Positions 1-15,280 of a stretch of DNA of 64,000 bases are shown one piece after another. Within the stretch, counting starts at the first letter, position 1. Each line of letters starts with the position of its first letter. The DNA comes from Eledone cirrhosa (Eukaryota), in NCBI GenBank assembly GCA_964016885.1, contig OZ024745.1:12028001-12092000 (forward strand). Reading direction: 5' to 3'. A program made the translations under genes and the position numbers. Below the pieces are notes generated by a model. That model was not told the origin of the DNA and ran no database searches. It saw nothing but the letters and a program-made list of their open reading frames with translations.

Positions 1-189
1 CTTGTTTTCAAGCAAAAATATTGTTTTAAAATGCTTTTAAATGGAAATGAAGCAAAACGGAAGCTTAGTGTTCGAACTGATGAATTTTGCAGGTCAATAT
101 TTTGCTGGCTCGGCAACTGTTCGTGTATTGTGTTAATGTCATTTTAAACGCTGAGAAAGCCAGCGTAATTTTTTACGTAAGACGCTCAA

Positions 190-422
190 TGTAAACAGAA
201 CAAAGGGAAATAACTGATAACTTACGCTCAAAAATCGATACATTATATTCGATTTGGTCACATAGGGTGGGTCAATTTGAAATACTTTTTTTCCGATGTC
301 TTCGCTAGGGCTCAATGTACAAGTATAGCAATTTCGGTGCAATTCCGTGAGAGATTCTAAGAGGAGATGTGTGCCAAAAATCGATAGACAGACAGACAAC
401 CACAGTTTTATATATATAGATT
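190..422 (+). mobile_element. 3' part of a non-autonomous Helitron-like (Lep1/HINE-type) element
   Basis: Ends ...gatagacagacagacaaccacagttttatatatatagat, the same end architecture (CAGA repeat, then TTTATATATATA(A)GAT) as 45548-46342 and 50308-50874; 5' limit approximate. Confidence 0.45.
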
Positions 423-1866
423 ATATTGTATTATATTATATTATATTATATTATATTATATCATATTATATTATATTATATTATATTATATTATATTATA
501 TTATATTATATTATATTATATTATATTATATTATATTATATTATATCATATTATATTATATTATATTATATTATATTATATTATATTATATTATATTATA
601 TTATATTATATTGTATTATATTATATTATATTATACTATATCATATTGTATTATATTATATTATATTATATTATATTATATTATATTATATTTTATTATA
701 TCATATTATATTATATTATATCATATTATATTATATTATATTATATTATATTATATTATATTGTATTATATTATATTATATTATATTATATTATATTATA
801 TTATATTATATCATATTATATTATATTATATTATATTATATTATATTATATCATATTATATTATATTATATTATATTATATTATATTATATTATATTATA
901 TTATATTATATTATATTATATTATATCATATTATATTATATCATATTATATTATATTATATCATATTATATTATATCATATTATATTATATTATATTATA
1001 TTATATTATATTATATTATATTATATTACATTATATTATATTGTATTATATTATATTATATTATATTATATTATATTATATCATATAATATTATATTATA
1101 TTATATTATATTATATTATATTTTATTATATTATATTATATTTTATTATATTATATTATATTATATTATATCATATTATATTATATTATATTATATTATA
1201 TTATATTATATTATATTATATTATATTATATTATATTATATTATATTATATTGTATTATATTATATTATATTATATTATATCATAGTATATTATATTATA
1301 TCATATCATATTATATTATATCATATTATATTATATTATATTATATTATATTATATTATATTATATTATATTATATTATATTGTATTATATTATATTATA
1401 TTATATTATATCATATCATATTATATTATATTATATTATATTATATTATATTTTATTATATTATATTATATTATATTATATTATATTATATTATATTATA
1501 TCATATTATATTATATTATATTATATTATATTATATTATATTTTATTATATTATATAATATTAGATTATATTATATTATATTATATCATATGTTATTATT
1601 TTATATTATATTATATTATATTATATTATATTATATTATATTATATTATATTATATTATATTATATTATATTATATCATATTATATTATATTATATTTTA
1701 TTATATTATATTATATTATATCATATTATATTATATTATATTATATTATATTATATTATATTATTATATTATATTATATTATATTATATTATATTATATT
1801 ATATTATATTATATTATATTATATTATATTATATTATATTATATTATATTATATTATATTATATTT
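421..1866. repeat. (TTATA)n pentanucleotide microsatellite, ~1.45 kb
   Basis: Near-perfect TTATA array with TCATA/TTGTA variants; source of the YYIIL ORFs. Confidence 0.98.
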
Positions 1867-1909
1867 AGGAAAAGTAAACAAGATAAAACAATTACCAATT
1901 TACATTTAT

Positions 1910-1953
1910 AGACTTCTACAAGACTAGAACTGTTTCATTCATAAGAAATCATC
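1910..1953 (-). mobile_element. Fragment of hammerhead-bearing fold-back family C
   Basis: ttctacaagactagaactgtttcattcataagaaatcatc matches 24297-24336. Confidence 0.75.
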
Positions 1954-1963
1954 CTATATATAA

Positions 1964-2545
1964 AATTGTTTCTACTTTTGGCACAAGGCCAGCACAAACC
2001 CAGTACATTACTGGTACTTTATTTTATCGCCCCTGTAAGGATGAAAGGCAAAGTTAACCTCGGCGCAATTTGAACTCAGAATGGCAAGGGCTGTCACTCT
2101 ATGCGTCAAAGCATGGCGTCCGACCCTCTACCGATACTGGCAATCATGGCGTCCGACCCTCTACCAATACTGGCAATCATGACGTCCGACCCTCTACCGA
2201 TACTGGCAATCATGGCGTCCGACCCTCTACCGATACTGGCAATCATGGCGTCCGACCCTCTACCAATACTGGCAATCATGGCGTCCGACCCTCTACCAAT
2301 ACTGGCAATCATGGCGTCCGACCCTCTACCAATACTGGCAATCATGGCGTCCGACCCTCTACCAATACTGGCAACCATGGCGTCCGACCCTTTACCAATA
2401 CTGGCAATCATGGCCTCCGACCCTCTACCGATACTGGCAATCATGGCGTTCGACCCTCTATCGATACTGACAATCATGGCGTCCGACCCTCTACCATACT
2501 GGCAATCATGGCGTCCGACCCTCTACCAATACTGGCAATCCACCG
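1964..2545 (-). mobile_element. tRNA-derived SINE (family 1) with tandemly amplified 5' A-box segment
   Basis: Reverse complement of the SINE at 23222-23424 (tttgaactcaga, aaggatgaaaggcaaag, cacaaggccagc). Confidence 0.9.
2112..2541. repeat. 33-bp minisatellite, ~13 copies, derived from the SINE head
   Basis: Unit catggcgtccgaccctctacc(g/a)atactggcaat is the reverse complement of the SINE segment attggcagtatcggtagagggtcggacgccatg, apart from a small difference at the gcc/ggc position. Confidence 0.95.
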
Positions 2546-2742
2546 ACACATTTTCGCTCGTTTATCTGAGGAAGATGTATTATTTTCAGCTTTCATTCTT
2601 ATATTTTGGATTGTGTCCAAACTCTGGCACGAACTTCAAATTTTGAGTTGACCATATCGAGTCCACTATCTAGTTTTTCAATGTTGTATATATTTTATCA
2701 ATTTCTGTTTGTGTATATATATATTTATAGAGAGAGAGAGGG

Positions 2743-3908
<1,166 letters not shown>

Positions 3909-4179
3909 ATATATATATATACACATGTGTATATATATATTTATAGAGAGAGGGCGGGGAGAGACAGAGATAGATATATATAGATATATATATATACACA
4001 CATGTGTATATATATATTTATGGAGAGAGAGGGGGAGAGAGACGGGGATATATATATACACAAGTGTATATATATATTTATAGAGACAGGCGAGAAAGAC
4101 AGATATATATACATACACACACACACATGTATATATATATATATATATATATATTTATGGAGAGAGCTGGGAGAGAGAC

Positions 4180-4224
<45 letters not shown>

Positions 4225-4227
<3 letters not shown>

Positions 4228-4808
4228 GGTGGCTGCCAACTCGTTTTCGAGTAGGGCCACTACTTTATATCCATGTAGGAGAACCCCTACCGATGCGCTG
4301 AACAAGTGTGACTTTTTAGTCCGGCCAGCGACTTGAAAACTCTGGTACAAACACTACACTTGTGACAATTACTGACACATAGTGCTGGGCCCATGGTACC
4401 ATGTGACGACAAGTGCAGAGAGATCTCCAGATATAAAGCAATGCCTGTGCCGTGAAGCTTTTATAGTGAGTAAAGGCACTGCACAAAGCCAGTCCCACTC
4501 TCTTAACCAAGAAGAAATTTACCAAAAAGAAGAACAAGTCAACATTATTGGATACCATCAGGGTTGCAGGTGTTATATCAGAGTTTTCCTTCTCCTAGAA
4601 TTCTGCCTTGACAAAGGCTAAGGGGTCATCTCTCCCGGTGATTTTGGATGGCCATTGACTCTTAAGAACTCCTTTGCCCTTTGACAGGTTTTGTTTTTAG
4701 TCCTGCAGGATGTCCAAAGTCACCCTCCTCACCAAGAAACCTTGGTGGGGTTGCCAGTTTAGTCGTCAACGACCCGACCATGGGATACATGTTACCAGTA
4801 GCACCAAA
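4225..4808 (-). mobile_element. Non-autonomous RTE-related retroelement (RTE-like 5' UTR, no ORF)
   Basis: Minus strand has tagcctttgtcaaggcagaattctaggagaaggaaaactctga, resembling RTE-clade 5' UTRs; second, 5'-truncated copy at 39158-39517 with the same 3' end. Confidence 0.6.
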
Positions 4809-4841
4809 TAAAACGAAAGGAGCTGTGTGGTTACTAAAAAC

Positions 4842-4934
4842 AAGGTTTAGGGTGGTGGTTAGGGCGGAACAGGAGGAGAAGACGATGGAAACTACTTCTC
4901 CTCCTGTTCCGTCCTAAACACCATCCTAAACCTT
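4842..4934. repeat. Mini fold-back, 40-bp arms, abutting (TA)n
   Basis: 4842-4881 versus 4895-4934 reverse complementary with 13-nt loop. Confidence 0.85.
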
Positions 4935-5021
4935 ATATATATATATACAGACTAGTGTATATATATATATATTGATAGAGAGAGAGGGGGGAGAGAGACA
5001 GAGATAGATCTATACACACAC

Positions 5022-5067
<46 letters not shown>

Positions 5068-5105
5068 GGAGGAGAGTCAGAGATAGATCTATATTCACAC
5101 ACATG

Positions 5106-5136
<31 letters not shown>

Positions 5137-5386
5137 GTGGGGAGAGTCAGAGATAGATCTATATACACACACGCATGTATATATATATATATAGAGAGAG
5201 AGAGGGGGGAGAGACAGAGATAGATCTATATACACACACATGTATATATATATATTTATATAGAGAGAGGGGTGAGTCAGAGATAGATCTATAGATACAT
5301 ATATATATACAGTATATGCACACACACACACACACATGTATACATGTGTATATATGTGTGTGTGTATTGTGTGTATGTATGTGTGT

Positions 5387-5419
<33 letters not shown>

Positions 5420-5425
5420 TGCCTG

Positions 5426-5470
<45 letters not shown>

Positions 5471-5504
5471 AAATACACAATACATACGTATGTATTGTGT
5501 ACAG

Positions 5505-5597
5505 GTGATGTTAATCTATTATTTGGTTTCATGGGGGACTTTGGAAATAAAATGCTTGATGGCGTCTATAAGAGGTTTCCTTCGGATTACATCAAAA
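5505..5597 (+). CDS. Candidate isolated coding exon of an unidentified host gene (xDVNLLFGFMGDFGNKMLDGVYKRFPSDYIK)
   Basis: 93-bp unique island between microsatellites, tgtacag| acceptor and |gtgaga donor, open frame, symmetric phase 1-1; no family recognised. Confidence 0.35.
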
Positions 5598-6709
5598 GTG
5601 AGAGAGCTAAGTGAAGTTTGTGGGAAACGAATGGACAAGTATGGCGGTTGGTGTGATTATTGCAGACGGTGTAGTGAATGTCAAGTGGTGTCAGCGTGTA
5701 TGTGTGTGTATGTCAGTGTGTGTATGTATGTGTGTGTGTATGTATATGTGTGTATGTGAATGTCGAGTGATGCTAGTGTGTATGTGAGTGTGTGTGTGTG
5801 TGTGTGTGTGTCAGTGTATATGTGTGTGTCAGTGTGTGTATGTGTGTGTTAATATGCGTGTCTGTGTGTCAGTGTGTGTGTGTGTGTCAGTGTGTGTGTG
5901 TGTCAGTATGTGTATGTGTGTGAGTGTGTGTCAGTGTGTGTGTTTGTCTGTGTGTGTGTGTCAGTATGTGTCTGTGTGTGAGTGTGTGAGTGTGTGAGTG
6001 TATGTATGTGTATCAGTGTGTGTATGTGTCAGTGTGTGTCAGTGTGTGTGTGTGAGTGTATGTATGTGTGTGTGTGTCAGTGTATGTATGTGTATCAGTG
6101 TGTGTGTGTGTGAGTGTATGTATGTATGTCAGTGTGTGTGAGTGTATGTATGTGTGTGTGTGTGTCAGTGTATGTATGTGTATCAGTGTGTGTGTGTGTG
6201 AGTGTATGTATGTATGTCAGTGTGTGTGTGCGGTAGACGTACAGCTACGGTGTCAGATAATGTTGCTTTATACGTGGTTGAATTTAATCGCATCTTGAAA
6301 GCAATCAATTCTACATCACGGAGTTGTGTATTTAGTTCCCAGCAGGAATATAAACACTTGGTGGTGGTGGTGGTGGAGGATGAAGGCGGATGGGGTGGGG
6401 ATTAGTTGGGGGTGGTGGAGGGAGGTAATAGATAGCACAACTAAATGAAATCAACTAAATAAATTATATCCACACATACACATACATGCACACACATACA
6501 CACACATACACACACATGCACACACATACACACATATACATACACACATACATACACATACATGCACTCACGTACATACACATACAAACACGTACATACA
6601 TATACATACACATACTTGCACACATTCCTACATCCGCTCATTCACGCATATAAATGTTTATGTACATCTTAGTGTATTTGTGTATGCATGTATGTATGTA
6701 TATGCATGC

Positions 6710-6769
<60 letters not shown>

Positions 6770-7015
6770 CTATATGTTATATAGCACTCTCTCGCTCTCT
6801 TTTTTCTCTCCTTCGCTCTTTACACTCACACACACATACACACATACACATAAATGCATTCATTGTAATGTGTCGTTTGCTTTATTTCTCTTTACTCTCT
6901 TCACACATACACACATACACGCATATATGTATATATATGTGTGTGTGTGTGTATGTGTGTATAAGTGTGTGAGTGTATGTATGTGTGTGTGTCGTATATA
7001 TATATATGCAGAGAG

Positions 7016-7064
<49 letters not shown>

Positions 7065-8023
7065 TTATGTGTGTAGATGTGTATAATCAAGTATGATACA
7101 GAAGAGAAATACATGGAAGGCGAGACAGGAAACAGAAAAAGAATATCTAACGTAAAAAAAGACAGCCATTAATATTAGTGACGTAATTTGGTGCAATCAC
7201 ATTTACTGTGACATGTCGTAAGTAGATAACTAGATAGATTACTATGTACTGCTATTGTCTTGTGATCGTCAGCTTTGTTGTACACATGCAATCACAAACA
7301 ATGCCTAAATAACAGATGTTATAATTCTCTACCTACCAAAAGAACAGTTCCATCTTACAAATGCCATGTTTGGCTTTTTTCAAATCCTTATTTTGATGAA
7401 TAACGCCTTGTGTGTATATATATATATATATATATAAATGAAAGGTATAGAAAGTATTGTAGCAAAAGCCAACAGTATTCCATAATATATAAGTGACTAT
7501 AGCGTCAAAATGGGAAAATAGTTAACGTAAGATGTGGGAAAAATAATTCAAACTCAATCCCAAAAGAATCAGGATATAGATTTATCCAACAGAATTTAGT
7601 GAAATCCGGGGAAAAATCAATAGAGCCTTAACTCATGATAAAATAAAGTTTAAAATACTCATCCTTCAATTTGGGGCAACTACAAATGCTCTGTATAGTC
7701 TTGAAATATATATATGTGTGTGGGGGGGGGGGTATCTGTGTCTGTGTGATGTTTGTTAAGTAAAAAATATATTAAAAATTAAGTATCATGTTGGCTAAAA
7801 CAATTGTAGCATTTGTCAGATCATTTACACTACATTACACCATTGGAAATTTCATTCAGAAGATATCTCCTACTGCCGCTGCTGCTGCTGCCGCTGCTGC
7901 TGCTGCCGCCGCCGCTGCCGTCGTCGTCCTCGTTGTTGTTGTTGTTGTTGTTTATCCTGTATTAGTCCTTATTCAACCATTCTAGTTGTAGCAATTCCAT
8001 TTTTCTATAAAACAATGCATCTC

Positions 8024-8205
8024 GGCAGTATCGGTAGAGGGTCGGACGCCATGCTTTGCAGCATAGAGTTACGCCCCTTTACAGTCTGAGTTCGAATCCC
8101 GCCGAGGTTAATTTTGCCTTTCATCCTTACGGGGTCGATAAAATAAAGTACCAGTAATGCATTGGAATAATTGTTGGCCTTGTGCCAAAAGTAGAAACAA
8201 TTATT
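8024..8205 (+). mobile_element. tRNA-derived SINE family 1 (Nin-like central domain)
   Basis: A box ggcagtatcgg, B box gttcgaatcc, core gcctttcatccttacggggtcgataaaataaagtaccag, tail ggccttgtgccaaaagtagaaacaatt. Confidence 0.9.
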
Positions 8206-9114
8206 AACGTAAACTTTTTGTATGGCCTTAGGGTGTAATTTGAAGGAAATTCCACCGGTTTTCTGAAGCAGAGTAATTTTCGTTGATATTTGTACAGCCT
8301 CTATTAAACTGTGTTGAGAGCTCTAGATTTCAGAAGCGACAGCATGGTTTTAATCGTAAGGAAAATGTTGATATTTGTTGTCACCAATGTAGTGAGAATG
8401 AATGCCAGATTGTTGAGTTTGTATTACGGTCTCTGATATCTAGTTTCGGTAAGACAGACTTTGATGTTTTCAAAAATATAAAAACAGTGCAGAGATCGCC
8501 AGTTTGTTCAGATTCTCCTGTATTACTTTATGGTTTATAGCTTGTCTAAAGATTATTTGAAGGTAGAAGCTCCATAACTATGTCATTTCTTTAACATATT
8601 CAGAATTAAATTATTTAACAATTAGGAAAATTACCCCTCCCCCTCTCTTGATTATTATAAAACATAATATTCAAACTCTTGAAAGTTCTTTTATGAGATG
8701 AAGATATCAAGGTGATACCTCAGAAATATATCCGTATAAAACTAAAGATATAATACGTTTGACCAGCCTTCCCTCCTCCAAAGGAAGCGTCATACTACCT
8801 TTTTAATCAGGATATTCTGAGGTATGTTCTATCGATCAAGGATTCGATATTTTTCAATCTATATTTGTTTAATTTAATTTTCTTTCATCCAATGTAGTTC
8901 CATCAAACGGCTCGTGACTTCCATCTAATATTATGAATTCTACTGAGTGCACATGTATGGACCTGTAACTCCTTGAGTAGCTGTAGGGGCGCCGTAATAA
9001 CATGCGGTGTTTCTTAGGCATTATAAAACCTGGCACAGCCCATCCCACACCAGGTTTCAACACAGCCGATTTCATCCAGAGATGGAGGGATATTGAAAGA
9101 GAGAAAATGAGAAA

Positions 9115-9282
9115 TAGGTATAGATCGACTCCTGTACTAGACTAGAACTGTTTGTATCGACCTCGGAAGTATATAAATCAAAGTTGACCTCGGCGGGATT
9201 TGAACTCAGGGCGTAGAAAACCTGAATGCATACCACAAATCCCTCTATCCAACGTTCTAACAACTCTGCCAATTCGCTGCCT
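9115..9282 (-). mobile_element. Diverged SINE family 1 copy
   Basis: aaagttgacctcggcgggatttgaactcag and ctctgccaattcgctgcc match the reverse complement of the SINE head and core. Confidence 0.7.
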
Positions 9283-10059
9283 CCCTACTGTATATAAGAT
9301 TTTTAATTTGTGGCTGATAAGTTCCGTTTTCTATTGCCGACAGCTACATAAAGTGCAGTGATATGTTTGCACGAGTTATAAACTCTATACTCAAGAAACA
9401 GCACAATACTATAACCACTCAGTTATTTTACCATCTTTTCCTACGCATGTGCAGAAATATTTACTTACTTTTACTTATTAATTTTTATTTTTACACAGAC
9501 AATTTTTTTTTTCAGATATTTAATTGAAAAACATTAATAAATTGGTAGTTATAAATGTTTTCTAAAATGGCGTTTATAAATACACATTGCTATTCTTGAG
9601 ACGGCGGATAATTATGACTTCGGATGCAAATATAATATTGATTTCTTATTTGTGCTTCAACCATCGATTTCTTATATAGGGAAAAGACTACGTATTTACT
9701 CTGTATAAGAAATATAATTGTGTAATGTTCATGTTATGTTAAGGAACAATAATGGCATAAATGAAATGAAATAGATATACTATTGAGAAGGAAAATGATT
9801 CATGGAATTGGCACTGTGGGTGTTCTCTAGAATGAATATAAAGTTGTATAGTAAGCAGAAGTAAATTAGACACAACCAGAACATGAAACTCGAAAAATTG
9901 CTGGCTTGTCTGAAGGAATTCTCATTTGAAATCGATAGATTTGGAAAATAAAATATTGCCTAGCAATCATGTATTTAATGTAAATTTAATGAACTGCTTT
10001 CAGTTGAAAATAATGATTTCTAATATAAACCCAGACAGTTTAAGACAATCGATTATATC

Positions 10060-10195
10060 TATCTCAATACATGACTGATTTTTATTTTATCGACCCGGAT
10101 CGTTTAAAGGAAAATTATTCTTTGGTCACATTTGAACTCGGGACATAGAGAGTCTTCAGGAAATACTACGAAGAACTTTGTAAGGCGCTCACCCA
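10060..10195 (-). mobile_element. Highly diverged SINE family 1 copy
   Basis: ttttattttatcgaccc and atttgaactcgg in the expected order. Confidence 0.5.
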
Positions 10196-10665
10196 ATGTT
10201 GACCCACAGGTCATCACATCCCCTAGAAAAACAGGTGTCACATCTTCTCTATAAAGACCTCGCGTACGACAAGTAGTTTTAATAATACTAGAGGTCTAAA
10301 TAAAGTTATATACGATATGTTTTATCTACTACACGGAACTCTCTTCCAGCCCCTCTCTCTATATCTACCATACACCACTCTCTCTCATTCCCTCTCACTC
10401 TATCCATCACTTTCAAACTCTCCCCCTCTCTATCACTATCAATCCTCTCCCTCTATTCATTACCACAAAGCTCTCCCCCTCACTACATCAACCATACAAG
10501 ACTTTCTCCCAATACCCCTTCTATGTCAATTAACCCCAAACACTCCCCCCTCTCTATATCCATATCTATCTCTACACAACATGTACATAAATTGTAGCGC
10601 ATATACAAATAGATGTGTGTTTTGGTGGTTTGGGGAGATCAATATAATTATTGGGGGGAACATGT

Positions 10666-11456
<791 letters not shown>

Positions 11457-11836
11457 ATATATATATACCAATAAGGAAACATATTACATTAACAAATTCC
11501 AACTTCTACTTAATGCTCTAAAAATCGAACCAATCTAAAACTGCAGCAAACAATCAAACATTTACAACAGTTACCTCCCTCACCCACTACCTAATCCTTT
11601 TTCTTAAATAATTAAATATCATCCAGCAAGAATTGCTTCCCCCTGCATATTAACTCTCTAAAAAGGGAAATCATATCAAACCTCAGTCCACCATTTGCCT
11701 CCATCATGGAATCATGAATCAACTAAGCACTCTTGCTATATTAACACATTTTGATCTGCTTAACTTCAATAACTGTGCCTGTAAATGACATTATTTTTTC
11801 TTCCACATTGACTTTTTACGTTCTACATTATTGTCC

Positions 11837-12006
11837 GTTTTTTTTCTTTTTTCTTTCTTTCTTTTTTCTTTTTTTCTTTTTTCTTTTTTCTTTTTTCTTT
11901 TTTCTTTTTTCTTTTTTCTTTTTTCTTTTTTCTTTTTTCTTTTTTCTTTTTTCTTTTTTCTTTTTTCTTTTTTCTTTTTTCTTTTTTTTTTTTCTTTTTT
12001 CTTTTC
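11837..12006. repeat. (CTTTTT/CTTTTTT)n polypyrimidine repeat
   Basis: Direct inspection. Confidence 0.95.
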
Positions 12007-12324
12007 ACTTCATAAACCTTGTTTGTAAATAACATTATTCTTTCTGCACCTTCTGTTTAACACGTGCGACACCACACTAATACATTTCACTATCATTTGA
12101 TAATGCATAAAAATGCTGAAAGCGGTAATAGACAATTATTAAATATATAAATAGATAAATAAATGCCATTGTTAAATATTAAATAAATCAACTAATACCT
12201 TAACACTTCACACAAAGTAAAACATTTCGTTTTAATCATTTTCTAACCCAGAAAAGAGAGAGAGAGAAACAAAAATAACGAAAAAATTTATTTTTATTCC
12301 TAATAATCGTCTCTTTCTCCCTGT

Positions 12325-12394
<70 letters not shown>

Positions 12395-12488
12395 CCCAAA
12401 GTATAACAATATCGGTTTCAACACACGTTTTCAGATAAAGAATCTTGCTAAACAAATTCAGAAACGAAATATATATATATATATATAT

Positions 12489-12804
12489 AAATGAAGTAAT
12501 TCCGTCGGAAAAGTCCAGGAAAAAAGAGTGCTCTATGTAGGTAACAGAACTTAATAGTTATATAATAAACAACATAAGGCAATTATTCCATTTACCAGTG
12601 GTTTCTTAAAAGCAAAAAATGTTGCTTTCAATCATCAGAATGAAAACATCCGGGTGTATTTATTGATATTGGATTCTATAGGTTTTTAGAATCCAATATC
12701 AATAAATACACCAGGATTTTTTCATTCTGATGATTGAAAGCAAAATTTTTTTCTTTTAAGAAACCACTGGTAAATGGAATAATTGCCTTATGTTGTTTAT
12801 TATA

Positions 12805-12810
<6 letters not shown>
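12489..12810. mobile_element. Fold-back element family B in (TA)n
   Basis: Arms ~12555-12678 and ~12687-12810; second copy in opposite orientation at 38471-38785. Confidence 0.88.
12721..12778 (+). ncRNA. Type I hammerhead ribozyme, family B (mirror copy minus 12587-12644)
   Basis: ttcatt CTGATGA ttgaaag...cttttaa GAAA ccactgg TA aatgga: stem III ACC-act-GGT, GUA site. Confidence 0.85.
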
Positions 12811-12877
<67 letters not shown>

Positions 12878-13046
12878 TTCTATCTATCTATTCATCTATT
12901 TATTTATCTATATACACCTCTTTTCTGTAGCTACGTGTCTATATATATCTTTCTACCTCTCTGATCATGTGTCTGTATACATGTATATATGCATGCATGT
13001 GTATATATGTCTGTATGTGTACATGTATGTATGTATGTATGCAAAG

Positions 13047-13420
13047 GGCGGAGCAGCTCACCAGAGTTAACGGCCATCCAAATAGTAGGTTTTTTGTTTG
13101 TTTTTTACTTCACCTGGGCGTGAAAGGCCCCCAGCTGTCACAACACCTTTCTAAGAGAGGGAAACTCTGAAAGAAAACCTGTGGCTTCGGAAGCATCCGA
13201 GGATATTGACCAGTTCTCTTTTTCGGGTAGTGTTTTCGCTGCTCAAAGAGTGGGATTGGTCGAGTGTAAGGCCTTTCCCCGCTCAAAAAACCTTCAAATC
13301 ATAGGCGTTGCTTGTTTGGGATCTGTTACAGGTTTGTGTGGCTGGCCGTATCCTAAAAGTGCACCAAACTCTATAATCTGACAAGCGATTGCAGTACTCT
13401 TAACAGAGTTTTCAGCCATC
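13047..13420 (+). mobile_element. Probable degenerate RTE-related non-autonomous element in (TATG)n
   Basis: aacggccatccaaa...ctaagagaggggaaactctga resembles the RTE-like UTR of 4225-4808. Confidence 0.35.
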
Positions 13421-13675
13421 ATGTATGTATATTTTAAGCATATAAGTATGTCTGTATGTGAGAATGCATGTATGTATGCATGTATGTATATATGTATATA
13501 TGTATGTGCGTATTCATGCATGTATGTATATATGGATGTATGTGTGCATATATGTATGCATGTATTATTTTTATATCTATATGTATATGTATGTACGTAT
13601 ATATATATGTTTGTATACGTATGCATGTATAGGTGCATGTATATATAGGTGCATGTATGTATATGCACGCATGCA

Positions 13676-13708
<33 letters not shown>

Positions 13709-13748
13709 ATATGCATGTATGTATATGCGTGTATGTATGTATATATGC

Positions 13749-13782
<34 letters not shown>

Positions 13783-13825
13783 GCATGTATGTGTGTATAT
13801 CTATATATATATATAAATGTATGTA

Positions 13826-13857
<32 letters not shown>

Positions 13858-13903
13858 AATGCATGTATGTGTGTATATCTATATATATATATAAATGTAT
13901 GTA

Positions 13904-13935
<32 letters not shown>

Positions 13936-14356
13936 AATGCATGTATGTGTGTATATCTATATATATATATAAATGTATGTATGTGTGTGTGTATATGCAG
14001 GTCTGCTGTCGTTCCTATTACATCTCACTGACATCAGAACGATATCACAAACAGAAGCTGACAATTTCCATAAAAGCATTTTATTCAGTGACAATTGATG
14101 TGATTTTGAAAACCTTTTAAGATCAACCTGTACGGCCCTCCCCCTTCCGCTCTCTCCCTTCCTCTCTCTCTCTCTCTCTTCCTCTCTTTCTTCCTCTCTT
14201 TTATCATCTCTTTCTTCCTCTCTCTCTTCCTCTCTTCTTTCATCTCTTTCTTCCTCTCTCTCTTCCTCTCTTCTTTCATCTCACGACTACGTTTGTAAAT
14301 AAATAAATAAACATGCCCCCGGCTATAATAGTAATGTGTTTAACAATTATGGACAG

Positions 14357-14713
14357 GTTGTTGTTGTTGGTGGTGGTGGTGATAGTGGTGGTGGTGGTGG
14401 TGGTGGCGGTGGTGTTGGTGGTGGTGGTGGTGGTGTTGGTGGTGGCGGTGGTGGTGGTGGTGGTTGTGGTGGTGGTTGTGGTGGTAATGGTGGTGGTGTT
14501 GGTGATAGTTGTGGTGGTGGTGGTGGTTGTGGTGGTAATGGTGGTGGTGGTGGTGGTGACGGTATCTCTATCATTTCTTCTATTCTATTTCTGTCATTGT
14601 AACTGACATTAACATTGTTATTGTTGTTATTGTTACTGTTGTTGTTGTTCCCATCATTAACGCTGACGATGTCATCCCTGCTGGTGCTATTGATTCTCTT
14701 AATAATGTTATTG

Positions 14714-14744
<31 letters not shown>

Positions 14745-14766
14745 TATTATTATTATTATTGTTGTT
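14357..14766. repeat. Compound trinucleotide microsatellites (GGT)n, (GTT)n, (CAT)n, (ATT)n
   Basis: Direct inspection. Confidence 0.95.
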
Positions 14767-15270
14767 CTTTGAGTCTCAGTCATTGATGTTATTTAACTGG
14801 AAAGTTTGTTGAAATGAACATCAAGCCTCTACCTGCAGCCTCAGATGTTCAGGACGTATCGGAGGGTTCTTGCTGTTCCCAGCAAGCATGCCTTTTGAAG
14901 TGTTCCAAAAAAGTGGGCTGGACTAATGTTCTTTAACCATCCTTTAAGATAGTACCTAGCGCGCCTATGACAATCGGAACGACCTTGATTTCATGGCAGT
15001 CCCAAATCCTTTTTTACCTCCCACTTTAAGTCCTGGTATCGGTTAATATTTCCTCCCTCTCCTTTTCTTGCACTCTCGTGTCAAATGGACAGGCTACATC
15101 TACAATCAGGCACGATCTTTTTGTCCTTGTTCAAAACCACCAGGTAAGGCCTATTGTGTTCTAATTTCTTGTCCGTCTGTATCCTAAAATCCCATAGCAC
15201 CTTCATCTGATCGTTTTCTATCACCGACTCTGGCTTATGCTCATACCGCTTCTCAGAATGTGGTAAATTG
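14763..15270 (-). pseudogene. 5'-truncated R4/Dong-type LINE, restriction-like endonuclease (RLE) C-terminus plus 3' UTR
   Basis: YEHKPESVIENDQMKVLWDFRIQTDKKLEHNRPYLVV, then frameshifted VVPIVIGALG and ACLLGTARTL; 3' end runs into (AAC/AAT)n. Confidence 0.85.
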
Positions 15271-15280
15271 TTATTACCGT

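Noticed and set aside
347-1911. Long ORFs of 403 and 421 aa (YYIIL repeats)
   Set aside because: Stop-free translations of the (TTATA)n microsatellite
2070-2651. Repeat-protein-like ORFs (GNHGVRPSTNT / MASDPLPILAI)
   Set aside because: 33-bp minisatellite derived from a SINE head and open in several frames
8690-9680. Splice-like signals (gag|gtatgt at 8821, ttttcag at 9515)
   Set aside because: Adjacent frames contain stops; no coherent exon could be built
14313-14606. Poly-Gly/Pro/Val ORFs
   Set aside because: (GGT)n microsatellite
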